Numbered from the stretch's first letter, positions 28,408 to 38,989 are shown. The stretch is DNA of 64,000 bases from an uncultured delta proteobacterium (GCA_963727485.1 CAVSGM010000002.1:1472001-1536000); one strand, 5' to 3'. The notes: a model not told the origin generated them from the letters alone. Numbers and translations are program-made.

Positions 28408-29258
28408 GCGCCCCGGCCTTCGAGGCCCGCTACGCCGAGCTCTTCGGTGACAGGTGGCCGGCCCTCCGGGCGGCGCTCATGGCTCCGGTGCGCCACGTGG
28501 CCTGGGTGAACCCGTTCGCCGCCGGCGCCGGGCGCCCCGCCGGCGCCGCGCCCCTCGACGCCGTCCCCGGGGTGCTGGCCGCCGACCGCTTCGAGCCCCC
28601 CGCGGGGACGCCCTCGCCCTACTACCTCCTCGACGCCGCCTCGGTCCTCGCCGCGAGGGCCCTGGGGGTCGAGGCGGGCCACGACGTCCTCGACCTCTGC
28701 GCCGCCCCCGGGGGCAAGACCCTGGTGCTGGCGGCGGCCCTCGAGGCCGGCGGGACCCTCACCGCCAACGACCGCTCGGCGGCGCGGCGGGCGCGGCTCG
28801 TTCGCGTCCTCGAGGGCCACCTCCCCGAGCCGCTGCGGGCGCGGGTGCGGGTCACCGGCCACGACGGGAGCCGGGCGGGCCTCAAGACCCCCGAGGCCTA
28901 CGACCGGGTGCTGGTCGACGCCCCCTGCTCCTCCGAGCGCCACCTCCTCGCCGATCCCAAGGCGCTGGCCGGGTGGTCGAAGGCCCGGAGCCGCCAGCTC
29001 ACCTTCCGCCAGCGGGCCCTCCTCGCCGCCGCCGTGGACGCCACCCGCCCCGGGGGCCGGGTGGTCTACGCGACCTGCGCCCTGGCCCCCGAGGAGAACG
29101 ACGCGGTGGTCGCCCGGATCCTCGCCCGCCGCGCCGGCCGGGTGCGGGCGGTGGCCCCGGCGCCGGTCCTCGGGGAGGCCACCGGGCTCGGGGTCCAGGT
29201 GCTCCCGGACGCCACCGGCTTCGGGCCCCTCTACTACGCGGTCCTCGAGCGGCCCTGA
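28392..29258 (+). CDS. RsmB/NOP (NSUN-like) RNA m5C methyltransferase
   Basis: DLCAAPGGKT, DAPCS, YATC, EEND. Confidence 0.88.
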   Translation: MGQAVGAPAFEARYAELFGDRWPALRAALMAPVRHVAWVNPFAAGAGRPAGAAPLDAVPGVLAADRFEPPAGTPSPYYLLDAASVLAARALGVEAGHDVLDLCAAPGGKTLVLAAALEAGGTLTANDRSAARRARLVRVLEGHLPEPLRARVRVTGHDGSRAGLKTPEAYDRVLVDAPCSSERHLLADPKALAGWSKARSRQLTFRQRALLAAAVDATRPGGRVVYATCALAPEENDAVVARILARRAGRVRAVAPAPVLGEATGLGVQVLPDATGFGPLYYAVLERP

Positions 29259-29295
29259 GGCCCGGCGGCGCCGGGACCGGGGCCGCGCCGGGCGG

Positions 29296-29844
29296 CTACC
29301 GGTGGTAGCCCTGGGCCTTGAGCTCGTCGATGGCCTCCTGGCTGATCTTCATCCCGAAGCGGCGGCCGGCGGCCTGGCTCTCGGCGGTGATCGCGGGCAT
29401 GGCCTTCACCAGCCGCCGGCCCACCGGGGAGCTGTAGAAGCGGATGAGGCCCTTCACCTCGGACCGGGTGAGGTGGTGCGCGTAGACCGGCACCATGAGG
29501 TTGACGAAGTCCTGGGGGTTCACCTTCTTCTCGAACTTCGCCCAGAAGGCCGCGGGGACGTTCGGCATCATCTTCTGGAAGGTCTCCACCATCTGGTGGG
29601 TGACCTGGACGGCCAGGGCCGGGGTCCCCGAGACCTCCAGGAGGTGGCGGATGTCCTTGGCCAGGGCCGGGTCGAGGGGGGCGGCCGCCTCCGCCGCCTT
29701 CGTCGCGTGGGACCGGTGGGCCGCCTTCGCCGCGTGGGACCGGTGGGCCGCCTTCGCCGCCGGGGCGGAGGCGTCGGCGAGGGCCGGGGCCGTGGGGACG
29801 AGGACGAGGGCGGCGGCGAGGGCGAGGGCGGCGGTGCGGCGCAT
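29296..29844 (-). CDS. DUF2059 domain secreted protein
   Basis: Signal peptide, Y...LTxxE...FYSSPVG motif, AAGGAG RBS. Confidence 0.8.
   Translation of the reverse strand: MRRTAALALAAALVLVPTAPALADASAPAAKAAHRSHAAKAAHRSHATKAAEAAAPLDPALAKDIRHLLEVSGTPALAVQVTHQMVETFQKMMPNVPAAFWAKFEKKVNPQDFVNLMVPVYAHHLTRSEVKGLIRFYSSPVGRRLVKAMPAITAESQAAGRRFGMKISQEAIDELKAQGYHR
29693..29760. repeat. 27-nt tandem repeat (about 2.5 copies) encoding AKAAHRSHA
   Basis: gccgccttcg(t/c)cgcgtgggaccggtgg repeated directly. Confidence 0.85.
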
Positions 29845-29948
29845 GGGAGCTCCTTCTGGGAAAGCGCGCATCCAACCGGCTCGGACCCGTCCCTGTCAAC
29901 GCACCGGGCGCCTTGGACGCACCCGGGGCGCCGTGCTACCTCTCGCCC

Positions 29949-30725
29949 ATGGCCCGCCGCCTGGTCGTGGGGCTCCTCGCCGCCGCCCTCAGCCTCCCCG
30001 CCCTCGCGGGTCCCTACGCCCGCGCCGTGAGCCTCTCCGCCGGGACCGACGACCACGTGGAGCCCCTCGGCGTCCCCTCCCGCCTCCAGATCGCCGACCC
30101 GGCGGTGCTCCACGCCGAGCGCCTCCCCACCGGCGAGGTCCTCCTCCAGGCCAAGGCCAAGGGGGCCACCGACCTCTTCCTGTTCGGGGACACCTGGGCC
30201 CAGGTGTGGCGGGTCCGGGTCGACACCCCGCCGCGCCCGGGGAAGGCCAAGGCCCTGGCGGCGGCCCGGAAGGCCTGCCCGGGCCTGAAGACCTCCGACG
30301 ACGGGGCGGTGGCGGCGACCGTGTCCACCGCCGCCTGCGTGGGCGCCCTCATGGCCCTGGCGCCCCACCTCCTGCGGTCCGAGCTCTCGCTCCAGTGGAC
30401 CCCCGAGGGCCTCGAGGCCCAGGTGGCCAGGATGCAGGCGGTCCTCACGAGAGCGGCGCCAAAGCTCGCGGCGAAGCTCACCCTCGGCTTCCTCGGGGTG
30501 AACCTCCACCTCGGCGGCACCCTGGCCTCGGTGGCCGAGCTCGACCGGGCCCTGCAGATCCTCTGGGGCGCCTCGGCGGGGCCGCTGCTCCTCGACCTCT
30601 CGGACCTGCAGATCGCCGGTGCCGACGGTCCCGAGCCCGTGGCCGAGGCGGTGGCCGGTCTCGACGCCCTGCCGCCGCCGCACCCGGCGGCCGCCCCCGA
30701 CGCGGGCCCGACCGCGCACCCCTAG
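29949..30725 (+). CDS. Exported protein with a CpaC/RcpA-like pilus-formation N-terminal domain
   Basis: Signal peptide; LQIADPAVL...VLLQAKAKGATDL; no secretin domain. Confidence 0.55.
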   Translation: MARRLVVGLLAAALSLPALAGPYARAVSLSAGTDDHVEPLGVPSRLQIADPAVLHAERLPTGEVLLQAKAKGATDLFLFGDTWAQVWRVRVDTPPRPGKAKALAAARKACPGLKTSDDGAVAATVSTAACVGALMALAPHLLRSELSLQWTPEGLEAQVARMQAVLTRAAPKLAAKLTLGFLGVNLHLGGTLASVAELDRALQILWGASAGPLLLDLSDLQIAGADGPEPVAEAVAGLDALPPPHPAAAPDAGPTAHP

Positions 30726-30732
30726 GGGGCCT

Positions 30733-32713
30733 CTAGGTCGTCGCCGGCGCCTGGGACGACCGGCGCCCGCGCTCGCCGATGAGCCGGGCGATGAGCCGGG
30801 AGAGCTGCTCGAGCTTGAAGGGCTTCTCCACCCGGGGGTTCTCGACCTTCTCCAGGAACGCCCGGGCCCCCTGGGTGAAGGCGCCGCCGGTCATCAGGAT
30901 CATCCGCGCGGCGAGGTCCGGGTCGCGCCCGGTGAGCCAGGCGTGGAGCTCCATCCCCGAGAGGTCGGCCATCATCAGGTCGCAGAGGATGACGTCGATG
31001 GCGTCGTCCTGCTCCAGGAACTTCACCGCCTCGGCGCCGGAGCGGGCGAGGTGGACCTCGTGCTCGACGCCCAGGAGGTTCTTGAGGGTGACCCCGATGT
31101 TGGGCTCGTCGTCGACGATGAGCAGGCGGCTGCGCACCGGCGGCGGGGTCGGGGTGCGCCCGGCGACGGTGGCGTCCTTGACCGCGTCCCGGGCGGCGGC
31201 GGGCAGGTGCACCCGGAAGGTGCTCCCCCGGCCCTCCTGGCTCTCCACCTCGATGCGCCCGCCGTAGGTGCGCACGATGTTCTGGCAGATCGACAGGCCC
31301 AGCCCCGAGCCCACCCCCGGCGGCTTGGTGGTGAAGAAGGGCTCGAAGAGCCGCGCCAGGTGCGCCTGGGGGATCCCGTGGCCGGTGTCGGCGACCTCCA
31401 CCACCACCTCGTCGCCGGCCTGCCAGGAGCGCACCGCCACCCGGTTCTCGGCCACCCGCCCCTCGTCGATGGCGTGGGCGGCGTTGACCAGCAGGTTGAG
31501 GAAGACCTGGGACAGTCGCCCCTCGCCGGCGACCACCAGGGGCACCGGGCCGAGCTCCTTGACCACCTGGGCCCGGTACTTGATCTCGTTGTGGGCCATG
31601 TTGAGCGCGGCCTCCACGGCCTGGTTCACGCTCACCGGCACCGCCCGCTCCTCGTCGACCCGGGAGAAGGTCTTCAGGTCGCGGACGATGGCCCGCACCC
31701 GGTTGGCCCCGTCCCCGGCCCGCCGCGCCCGCTCCACCAGCCCCCGGAGGAAGGTCAAAGGGTCCTGGCCCCCGAGGTCGGCGTCGCCTCCGCCCTCGAG
31801 GGCGGCGAGGAGGAGCGGGGAGATCCTCGGTGAGCCGGTCGAGGTTGTGGAGGGCGTAGGTCAGGGGGTTGGAGATCTCGTGGGCCACCCCGGCGGCGAG
31901 GGTCCCCACCGTGGCCATGCGGTCGGCGAGGGCGAGCTGGACCTCCATGCGCTTGCGGTCGGTGACGTCCTGGGCGAAGGCCACCAGGGAGGGCTGTCCG
32001 TCGAACTCGGCGAGGATGGAGAGGGCGTCGAGGACCCGCACCGAGCCGTCGCGGTGGAGGAAGCGGTCCTCGCGGGAGGGGAGGTCGGTGCGCCCGGCGG
32101 CGACCTGGACGATGCGCTCGGCGACCACCTCCCGGTCGTCGGGGTGGATGTGGTCGACCACCTGGGTGCCGACGAGCTCCTCGGGCCGCGCGTAGCCGAG
32201 GACCGAGCAGCCCTTGGCGTTCACGTAGACGAAGCGGCCCTGGCGGTGCACCGCCACCGCCACCGGCGCGTGCTCGATGAGGGTGCGGAAGTTCCCCTCG
32301 GAGCGGCGCAGGGCGGCCTCGGCCCGGTGCTTGTAGAGGGCCATCTCGATGGCGGTCTGGAGGGCCTGGGCCTCGAAGGGCTTGATCACGTAGCCAAAGG
32401 GCTGGGTGGCCTTGGCCCGGGCGAGGGTCTGCTCGTCGGCGTAGGCGGTGAGGTAGACCACCGGCACCTGGGTGGTCTCGCGGATGCGCTGGGCGGCGTC
32501 GATGCCGTCCATCTCCCCGGCGAGGCGCACGTCCATGAGCACCAGATCCGGGCGCACGGTGGCCGCCAGGCTCACCGCCTCCTCGCCGGTGGTCACCACC
32601 CGGGTGTCGGGGTAGCCGAGGGTCCCGAGCTGCCGGGCCACGTCCTGGGCGACGATCCGCTCGTCCTCGACGATGAGGATCCGGGTGCTGGCGGGGTCCG
32701 GGGCTTCGGTCAT
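30733..32713 (-). CDS. Hybrid sensor kinase REC-PAS-HisKA-HATPase-REC, +1 frameshift near 31818
   Basis: ILIVEDE receiver, PAS, AHEISNPL, then QVFLNLLVNA, FFTTK, GSGLGL and a second receiver in the adjacent frame; extra base next to a GATC. Confidence 0.9.
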
Positions 32714-34074
32714 CGGGGGGTCCGGAAGCGGATGGTGAACCGGGTGCCGGGGCGGGTCGACATCTCGATCCACCCGTGGAGCTGATCGGTGAGGGCGAGG
32801 ACGAGCTGGAAGCCGAGCCCCTCGCTGTGCTTGTAGTCGAGATTGGCGGGGAGCCCCACTCCGTCATCGGCGATCGTGAGCGCGACCTGACCCTCGCCCA
32901 CCGGGGCGAGGCGCACGGTGAGGGTGCCGGCCCGGCCCTCGGGGAAGGCGTACTTGAGGGCGTTGGAGGCCAGCTCGGTGACCAGCAGCCCGCAGGGGTG
33001 GGCGGCGTCGAGGTCGAGGTCCACCGCCTCCACGGCGAGCGCTGGGACCACCCGCCCCGGGTCGACGCCGTAGGCGCGGTAGAGGTGGCCGGTGAGCGCC
33101 TCGAGGTAGGCGGCGAGGTCGAGGCGGGTGCCGGCCTCCCCGTGGTGGAGGAGCTCGTGGAGCAGGGCCATGGACCGGATGCGCACCTGGCTCTCGGCGA
33201 AGACCTCGCGCACCGCCGGGTCCGGGTGGCGCCCGGCCTGGAGCGAGAGGAGGCTACTGACCACCTGGAGGTTGTTCTTCACCCGGTGGTGCACCTCCCG
33301 GAGCAGCACCCGGCCCTCGTCCACCGCGGAGGTCAGCCGGGCCTCGGCCTCGATCCGGTCGGTGATGTCGTGGAGGATTGAGTGGAGGTAGGTGTGGCCG
33401 TCGACGGTCACCGGGCCGGTGTAGACCTCCATGGTGCGCAGCTCCCCGGAGGCGAGGCGGTGGGGGAAGAGGAAGTAGGTGCGCTCCTCGCGCCGGGCCC
33501 GGGCCATCTCCTCGCGGACCAGGTGCCGGGGCAGGGCGTTGAGGTCGTGGACGGTGAGGGTGCGCAGCTGCTCGAGGTCGTAGCCGTAGAAGGCGGCGGC
33601 GGCGGGGCTGGCGTCGACGATCCGCCCGTCCTCGGGCTGGAGGAGGAGCTGCACCGCCCGGTTGTGGGCGAGGAGCTCCAGGAGGTGGTCGGCGGCGCGC
33701 TGCGGGCCCGAGGGGTGCGGGGCCGGGGCGAGGCGGAGGGTGAGGATCTCCGCGGCGGCGCCCCGCCAGGTGGCCGGGGCCAGGGTCGCCGAGAGGGGCA
33801 GGGCGTGGCCTTCGAGGTGGACGGACAGCGGCCCCGGGGCCCGCACCGCGAAGGCCTTGCGCCCGGCGTCGTCGAGGCGGTCGGCGAGGCGGGCGCCCAT
33901 CAGCCCCTCGGGGTCGGCGCAAAGGAGCCTCACGGCCGCGGGGTTGGCGAAGGCGACCCGGCCGTCGACCAGGACCAGGAGGCCGTCGGGGCAGGCGTCG
34001 ACCAGCACCGCGTCGTCCCGCACCGCGCTCTCCCGCTCGTCGGCCCTGGCCCGGATCTCGGCTCGGTCGGTCAC
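32710..34074 (-). CDS. PAS-PAS sensor histidine kinase (HisKA_2 type)
   Basis: EVHHRVKNNLQ, ELASNALKYAF, DDGVG. Confidence 0.92.
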   Translation of the reverse strand: MTDRAEIRARADERESAVRDDAVLVDACPDGLLVLVDGRVAFANPAAVRLLCADPEGLMGARLADRLDDAGRKAFAVRAPGPLSVHLEGHALPLSATLAPATWRGAAAEILTLRLAPAPHPSGPQRAADHLLELLAHNRAVQLLLQPEDGRIVDASPAAAAFYGYDLEQLRTLTVHDLNALPRHLVREEMARARREERTYFLFPHRLASGELRTMEVYTGPVTVDGHTYLHSILHDITDRIEAEARLTSAVDEGRVLLREVHHRVKNNLQVVSSLLSLQAGRHPDPAVREVFAESQVRIRSMALLHELLHHGEAGTRLDLAAYLEALTGHLYRAYGVDPGRVVPALAVEAVDLDLDAAHPCGLLVTELASNALKYAFPEGRAGTLTVRLAPVGEGQVALTIADDGVGLPANLDYKHSEGLGFQLVLALTDQLHGWIEMSTRPGTRFTIRFRTPR

Positions 34075-34198
34075 CCTGGAGGCGCTCCCTTCGCCGGGTC
34101 ATCCTAGCGCGTTCCCTCGCGGCGCGCGGCCCGACGACCGGCGAAGCCTGCCCCGGGCGGCCGGTCGCCGCAACCCCTCCGGGCGCCGGGGGCGGTGC

Positions 34199-34768
34199 CT
34201 ACTCGCCGGCGCCGCCGGGGCCGAAGCCGGCGGCGTCGAGGGCGGCGACCAGATCGCCGGGCGGCGGGTGGTCCCCGGCCTCGCCCGAGGCGAAGGCGTA
34301 GACCATCTCGCCCGGGGGCACGATGACGAACGCGCCCCCCTGCTGGTTGGGATCGCCGAGGACCCGGCCCTGGCGGAAGCCCTTCTTCAGGGCCCGGGCC
34401 GCGTGGGCCAGGCTCCTCGGCGAGAAGGTGGACAGGGCCCCGTGCTTCAGGGCCAGGGCCTGGTAGGCATGGCGCCCCGGGTCCACCAGCACCGGGAAGT
34501 CGACGTGGTGCTGCGCCACGAAGTCCGCGGCCATCAGCTCGGTGCCGCTGCCCACGGCGACGAGCTCGGCGCCGCGGCGGCGGATGTCCTCGAGGGCCTC
34601 GTCGCGCAACTGCGCGACCTGCTCGCGGCAGAACAGTCAGCCGAAGTGGCGGAGGAAGACCAGGACCACCGGCCGCGCGGCCCACAGGTCGCCGAGGCGC
34701 ACGGGGTTGCCGTCGGCGGCGTCGAGGGTGAGGTCGGCGAGGACGTCGGCGGTGCGGGGGTCGGGCAT
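34199..34768 (-). CDS. Selenocysteine-containing peroxiredoxin-like (AhpC/TSA, PRXL2-like) protein
   Basis: Continuous frame VVLVFLRHFG-TGA-LFCREQ giving a UxxC motif; QQGGAFV downstream; hairpin just 3' of the UGA. Confidence 0.88.
34601..34618 (-). promoter_or_regulatory. Bacterial SECIS-like hairpin
   Basis: GTCGCGC-AGTT-GCGCGAC stem-loop starting 18 nt after the in-frame UGA at 34637-34639, with G in the loop. Confidence 0.72.
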
Positions 34769-34861
34769 GTGCCGGATCATACCCCGGCCGGGGGCGCACG
34801 CCAGGGGCCCAGGCCCGGGGCGCGTCGTTGCCCTCGGGTTTCGGGCGGTTAGGATGCGCCC

Positions 34862-35650
34862 ATGGAGACCACCCGTCACCCGGCGGTGGCCGGGACCTTC
34901 TACCCCGCCGATCCCGCGACCCTCGCCACCCTGGTGGACGACCTCCTCGGAGCCGATCCGGCGCCGCCCGAGGCGCCCCCCAAGGCGATCATCGTCCCCC
35001 ACGCGGGCTACCGGTTCTCCGGGCCGGTGGCCGCCAAGGTCTACCGCCACCTCAAGCCCCTCCGGGGGCGGATCACCCGGGTGGTGCTCCTGGGGCCGGC
35101 CCACCGGGTGCCGGTGCCGGGGCTGGCGGCGCCCACGGTCCGCGCCTTCGAGACCCCCCTGGGCCTGGTGCCCCTCGACCGGGGCGCCCTGGAGCGGGCC
35201 AGCCACCTCCCCCAGGTGCACCTCACCGACACCCCCCACGACCTGGAGCACAGCCTCGAGGTCCAGCTCCCGTTCCTCCAGACCGTCCTCGGCCACTTCG
35301 AGCTGGTGCCCTTCGCGGTGGGCGAGGCCACCATGGACGAGGTGGCAGGGGTCCTCGACCTGCTCTGGGGCGGCGAGGAGACCCTGATCGTGGTCAGCTC
35401 CGACCTCTCCCACTACCTCGACTACGCCCGGGCCCGGGAGATTGACACCGCCACCACCGAGGCCATCGAGTCCCTGGCCCCCGAGCGCATCGGCCCCTGG
35501 CAGGCCTGCGGGCGGCTCCCGGTCCAGGGGCTGCTCCTGGAGGCGAAGCGCCGGGGGCTCTCGGTCCAGACCGTGGACCTGCGCAGCTCCGGGGACACCG
35601 GCGGCGACCGGAAGCGGGTGGTGGGCTACGGCGGCTGGGTGCTGGCCTGA
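34862..35650 (+). CDS. amrB: AmmeMemoRadiSam system protein B (MEMO1 family)
   Basis: AVAGTFYP, PHAGY, EHSLEVQLPFLQ, SSDLSHY, ACG, VVGY. Confidence 0.93.
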   Translation: METTRHPAVAGTFYPADPATLATLVDDLLGADPAPPEAPPKAIIVPHAGYRFSGPVAAKVYRHLKPLRGRITRVVLLGPAHRVPVPGLAAPTVRAFETPLGLVPLDRGALERASHLPQVHLTDTPHDLEHSLEVQLPFLQTVLGHFELVPFAVGEATMDEVAGVLDLLWGGEETLIVVSSDLSHYLDYARAREIDTATTEAIESLAPERIGPWQACGRLPVQGLLLEAKRRGLSVQTVDLRSSGDTGGDRKRVVGYGGWVLA

Positions 35651-35668
35651 GCTAGAGTCGCGGGCACC

Positions 35669-36619
35669 ATGGAGACCCGCACCCTGCCCGGCACCGAGCT
35701 CGCCCTCTCCGTCATCGGCCTGGGGGCGTGGGCCATGGGGGGGCTGTGGTGGGGCGACGACGTCCGGGACGCCGACTCGGTGGCCGCGGTGCAGGAGGCC
35801 CTCGACCGGGGGATCAACTGGGTCGACACCGCGCCCCTCTACGGCCAGGGCCACGCCGACGCCGTCCTCCGGGAGGCCCTCGGCGAGCGGCGCCACCAGG
35901 TGATCGTGGCCACCAAGGTCGGGCCCCGGTGGGACGGGCCCGGGGGCCACGCGGTCTGTGATCTCTCCCCGGCGCACGTCCGCGCCGACGTCGAGGGGAG
36001 CCTTTCGCGCCTCGGCCTCGACACCCTGCCCCTGGTGCAGCTCCACTGGCCCTGCGAGCAGGGGACGCCCCTGGCCGCGACCCTGGAGACCCTCTTCGCC
36101 CTGCGCGACGAGGGGAAGCTCCGGTACGTGGGCCTGTGCAACTACGGCCCCGACGAGGTCCGCGCCGCGCGGCGTCTGGGGCCGGTGGTGGCCCTCCAGA
36201 CGCCCCTGTCCATGGTCCGGCGGGAGTACGAGCAGGGCCTCGAGGGCGCCTGCGCCGAGACCGGGATGGGGGTGCTCGCCTACGAGCCGCTGGCCCGGGG
36301 GCTCCTGACCGGGAAGTTCAAGGCGGCGCCGCGCTTCCCCGACACCGACCTGCGGGCCCGGGACTACCGCTTCGCCGGGATCCCCTTCCAGAAGGCCGCG
36401 CGCCTCGTCGAGGGGCTCGGCCGGATCGCCGCCCACTTCGACCTGCCCCCGGCGGCGTTGGCCCTGGCCTGGGTCCTGCGCCGGCCCGGGGTCACCGCCG
36501 CCATCGCCGGGGCCAAGCGCCCGGCCCAGGTGGCGGCCAACGCCCGGGCCGCCGAGGCGCTGGCCGCCGGGATCCCCTGGGACGTCGTCGACCGGATGGT
36601 CGACGCCACCCGGCTCTAG
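35669..36619 (+). CDS. Aldo/keto reductase
   Basis: IGLGAW, DTAPLYG, ATK, LHWP, PLARGLLTGK. Confidence 0.93.
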   Translation: METRTLPGTELALSVIGLGAWAMGGLWWGDDVRDADSVAAVQEALDRGINWVDTAPLYGQGHADAVLREALGERRHQVIVATKVGPRWDGPGGHAVCDLSPAHVRADVEGSLSRLGLDTLPLVQLHWPCEQGTPLAATLETLFALRDEGKLRYVGLCNYGPDEVRAARRLGPVVALQTPLSMVRREYEQGLEGACAETGMGVLAYEPLARGLLTGKFKAAPRFPDTDLRARDYRFAGIPFQKAARLVEGLGRIAAHFDLPPAALALAWVLRRPGVTAAIAGAKRPAQVAANARAAEALAAGIPWDVVDRMVDATRL

Positions 36620-36651
36620 GCGCCCGCGGCGGGGGCGCCCCCGGCCCGCGC

Positions 36652-38346
36652 CTAGCCGGCCACGGGCATCAGCGACGCCAGCCGCGCCCGCACCGAGGGA
36701 TCGAGGCGGCGCACCACCGTCCCCGGGGCGGCGCCGTCGAGGACCTTGAGGGCCCGGGCCCGGTGGCTCGCCGCGGCCTTGGAGCGCCGGGCGAGGCCGG
36801 CGAGGACCGCGGTGAGGTACATGAGGGTCGGCACCGGGGTGGTGGCGGTGGTGGCCTCGGCGAGGTCGGCGAGGCCCTCGAGGAGCGTGTCCTCGCCGGA
36901 GAGGGACCGGGGGTCGACGAGGCCGTGGCCGGCGATGAGCGAGAGGAGCACCCCCTCCCGGGCCACCAGGTCGAGGGCGGCGAGGTCCTCGGGGACCTCG
37001 AGGGCCGAGAGGCCCGCCGGGCGGAGGTGGACGTCGCCCTCGGCCTCGAGGGCGGCGAGGACCTCGGCGTCGAGGCGGCGGGAGAGCGCCACCGGGTCGT
37101 CCTCGGCGTCGAGGACCAGGTGGGCGAAGCGCTGGCCGAGGCGGACCTTCACCAGGTCGACCTCCAGGACCACGCCCTCGTCCCGGCGGAAGAAGCCGCC
37201 GGTGACGATGACGTCCACCGGGGGCTCGTCGGGTGCGGCCTCGACCACCAGCGCCGGGTCCCAGGGGTCCGCGGGGGTGAGGGGGCCCTGGCCCTCGACC
37301 ACCGGGACCACGCAGCCCACCTCGGCGTCGGTGCCGAAGCGCAGGACCTCGGCGAGGCGCATGGGGAGGACCCGGGCCAGGCGCCCCCGGTCGGGGTGGC
37401 GGGTGGCGTCGCTGAAGGGGAAGGTGCGCAGGCGCTTGGTCGCCGCCGGGGTCGGGGGCAGGGCCTGCACCGCGCCGGGGAGCGCCACCGCCCACACCGG
37501 CACCGGCAGCGGGACCGCGGTCATCGGCGTCCCCTCGGCGGCGGCGGCGGACTCCGGGGCCTGGGCCCGGGCGATCTCCTGGTCGATGCGCGCCAGGTGC
37601 TCGGCCAGCCCCGGGGCCTCCAGGGTGCGCAGGCGCGCCACCAGGGTCTGGGCCGCCATCAGCTTGTCCTGGCCGAGGTAGACCCGGGCGAGGTTGAGGC
37701 CGGGGAACGGCCCGTGGCGCGCGGCGTCGTAGACCGGGGCCACGATGGCCTCGGCGTCCTGGAACCGCCCGGCGGCGCCGAGGTCGCCGCAGACGGCCAT
37801 GAGCATCTCGCCCCGGTCCCCGGCGGCCTGGGCCACCTCGCGGTAGAGGCCCAGGGCCGGGGTGGCGTCGCCGGTGTCGAGGAAGTGCTTGGCGAGGCGG
37901 AGCTTGGGCCACAGGCCCCCGTCGCGCTCGACCAGCTGGGCCATGGCCTCGGCGAAGGCGTCCTCGCCCCCGTGGCGCCGCGCCCGCTCGCCGTACCAGT
38001 CCACCGCCGCCGGGTGGTCCGGGTCGAGGGCCAGCGCCCAATCCAGGGCGGCGTCCACCGCCGAAGCGTCGTCCCGGGCGTCGGCGCACCGGGCCCGGAG
38101 CAGCGCCACCGTCGCGGTCTCGTCCCCCTCGAGGGCGCCGAGGGCCGCCTCGGCCTCGTCGACCTTCCCCAGCTTGAGGCACGCCGAGGCCAGGGCCACC
38201 GCGCTGCGCTGGCGGTCGGCGTCGATCTCGGCGAGGCGCCGGGCCCCGTCGAGGACACTGGCGGCGTCGCCGGCGCGCAGGCCCGCCATCACCAGGCGGT
38301 GGAGGGCGTCGGCGTCGTCCCAGGCCGCGGCCAGCGTGTCGGCCAC
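36652..38346 (-). CDS. TPR-containing hypothetical protein
   Basis: Helical repeats in the N-terminal half, GC3 bias, directly follows nfuA. Confidence 0.6.
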   Translation of the reverse strand: MADTLAAAWDDADALHRLVMAGLRAGDAASVLDGARRLAEIDADRQRSAVALASACLKLGKVDEAEAALGALEGDETATVALLRARCADARDDASAVDAALDWALALDPDHPAAVDWYGERARRHGGEDAFAEAMAQLVERDGGLWPKLRLAKHFLDTGDATPALGLYREVAQAAGDRGEMLMAVCGDLGAAGRFQDAEAIVAPVYDAARHGPFPGLNLARVYLGQDKLMAAQTLVARLRTLEAPGLAEHLARIDQEIARAQAPESAAAAEGTPMTAVPLPVPVWAVALPGAVQALPPTPAATKRLRTFPFSDATRHPDRGRLARVLPMRLAEVLRFGTDAEVGCVVPVVEGQGPLTPADPWDPALVVEAAPDEPPVDVIVTGGFFRRDEGVVLEVDLVKVRLGQRFAHLVLDAEDDPVALSRRLDAEVLAALEAEGDVHLRPAGLSALEVPEDLAALDLVAREGVLLSLIAGHGLVDPRSLSGEDTLLEGLADLAEATTATTPVPTLMYLTAVLAGLARRSKAAASHRARALKVLDGAAPGTVVRRLDPSVRARLASLMPVAG

Positions 38347-38347
38347 C

Positions 38348-38941
38348 CTACTTCCCCTGCTCGTAGTAGGGGTTGTCGCCGGCGGCGTGGTCGGTGGTGT
38401 CGATGACCCGGGTGACCTCGGGCACCAGCTCCTTGAGCTGCCCCTCGACCCCCTGGGTGAGGGTGACGCTGGCCAGCCCGCAGCCCTGGCAGCCGCCGCC
38501 CATGTGGACGAAGGCGGTGCCCTCCTTGAACTCCAGCAGCTCGATGACCCCGCCGTGGCTGGCGATCTGGGGGTTGATGCGCTCGTCGAGGAGCGCCTGG
38601 ATCCTCTGGGCCACCGGGTCGTCGAAGTGGGCCTGCTCCTGGGGGTTCTCGAACTTGAACCCGGCGCCGGCCAGGCCCCCCTGGTCGACGAAGTCCACGG
38701 TGGCGCCCTCGAGCCGGGCCGCCGACTCGGGGTCGACCCGGACCTCGACGCCGCGGACCTCGAGGTGGAGGTCCCCCTCGCGCCGATCGTCGCCCTCGAC
38801 GATGTCCATGGCGTAGTGGAACTTGCGGACGCCGGTCTGGGTGGCGACCACCCGGATGACGTAGTCGCCGGTGACCGCCTCGGCGAGCATGTCGGCGGCG
38901 GCGTCGGTGAACGAGAGGTTTACGGCCGGTGCGTCTGGCAT
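38348..38941 (-). CDS. nfuA: Fe-S cluster carrier NfuA (degenerate A-type domain plus NifU-C)
   Basis: GFKFENP, INPQIASHGG, GGGCQGC, DTTDHAAGDNPYY. Confidence 0.9.
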   Translation of the reverse strand: MPDAPAVNLSFTDAAADMLAEAVTGDYVIRVVATQTGVRKFHYAMDIVEGDDRREGDLHLEVRGVEVRVDPESAARLEGATVDFVDQGGLAGAGFKFENPQEQAHFDDPVAQRIQALLDERINPQIASHGGVIELLEFKEGTAFVHMGGGCQGCGLASVTLTQGVEGQLKELVPEVTRVIDTTDHAAGDNPYYEQGK

Positions 38942-38989
38942 GGGGGCGAGAGGTTAGTCCAAGGGGCCGGGGGCTGCCAGCGCCGGCCG

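Noticed and set aside
29949..30725. Tad pilus locus
   Set aside because: Only an isolated N-terminal-like domain; no secretin domain, ATPase or pilin nearby
34199..34609. 136-aa ORF starting at TTG as an independent gene
   Set aside because: It is the C-terminal part of the UGA-readthrough selenoprotein starting at 34768
34862..35650. amrB as part of the radical SAM cluster
   Set aside because: It lies 8 kb away among unrelated genes, and none of the radical SAM proteins was recognisable as the AmmeMemoRadiSam enzyme
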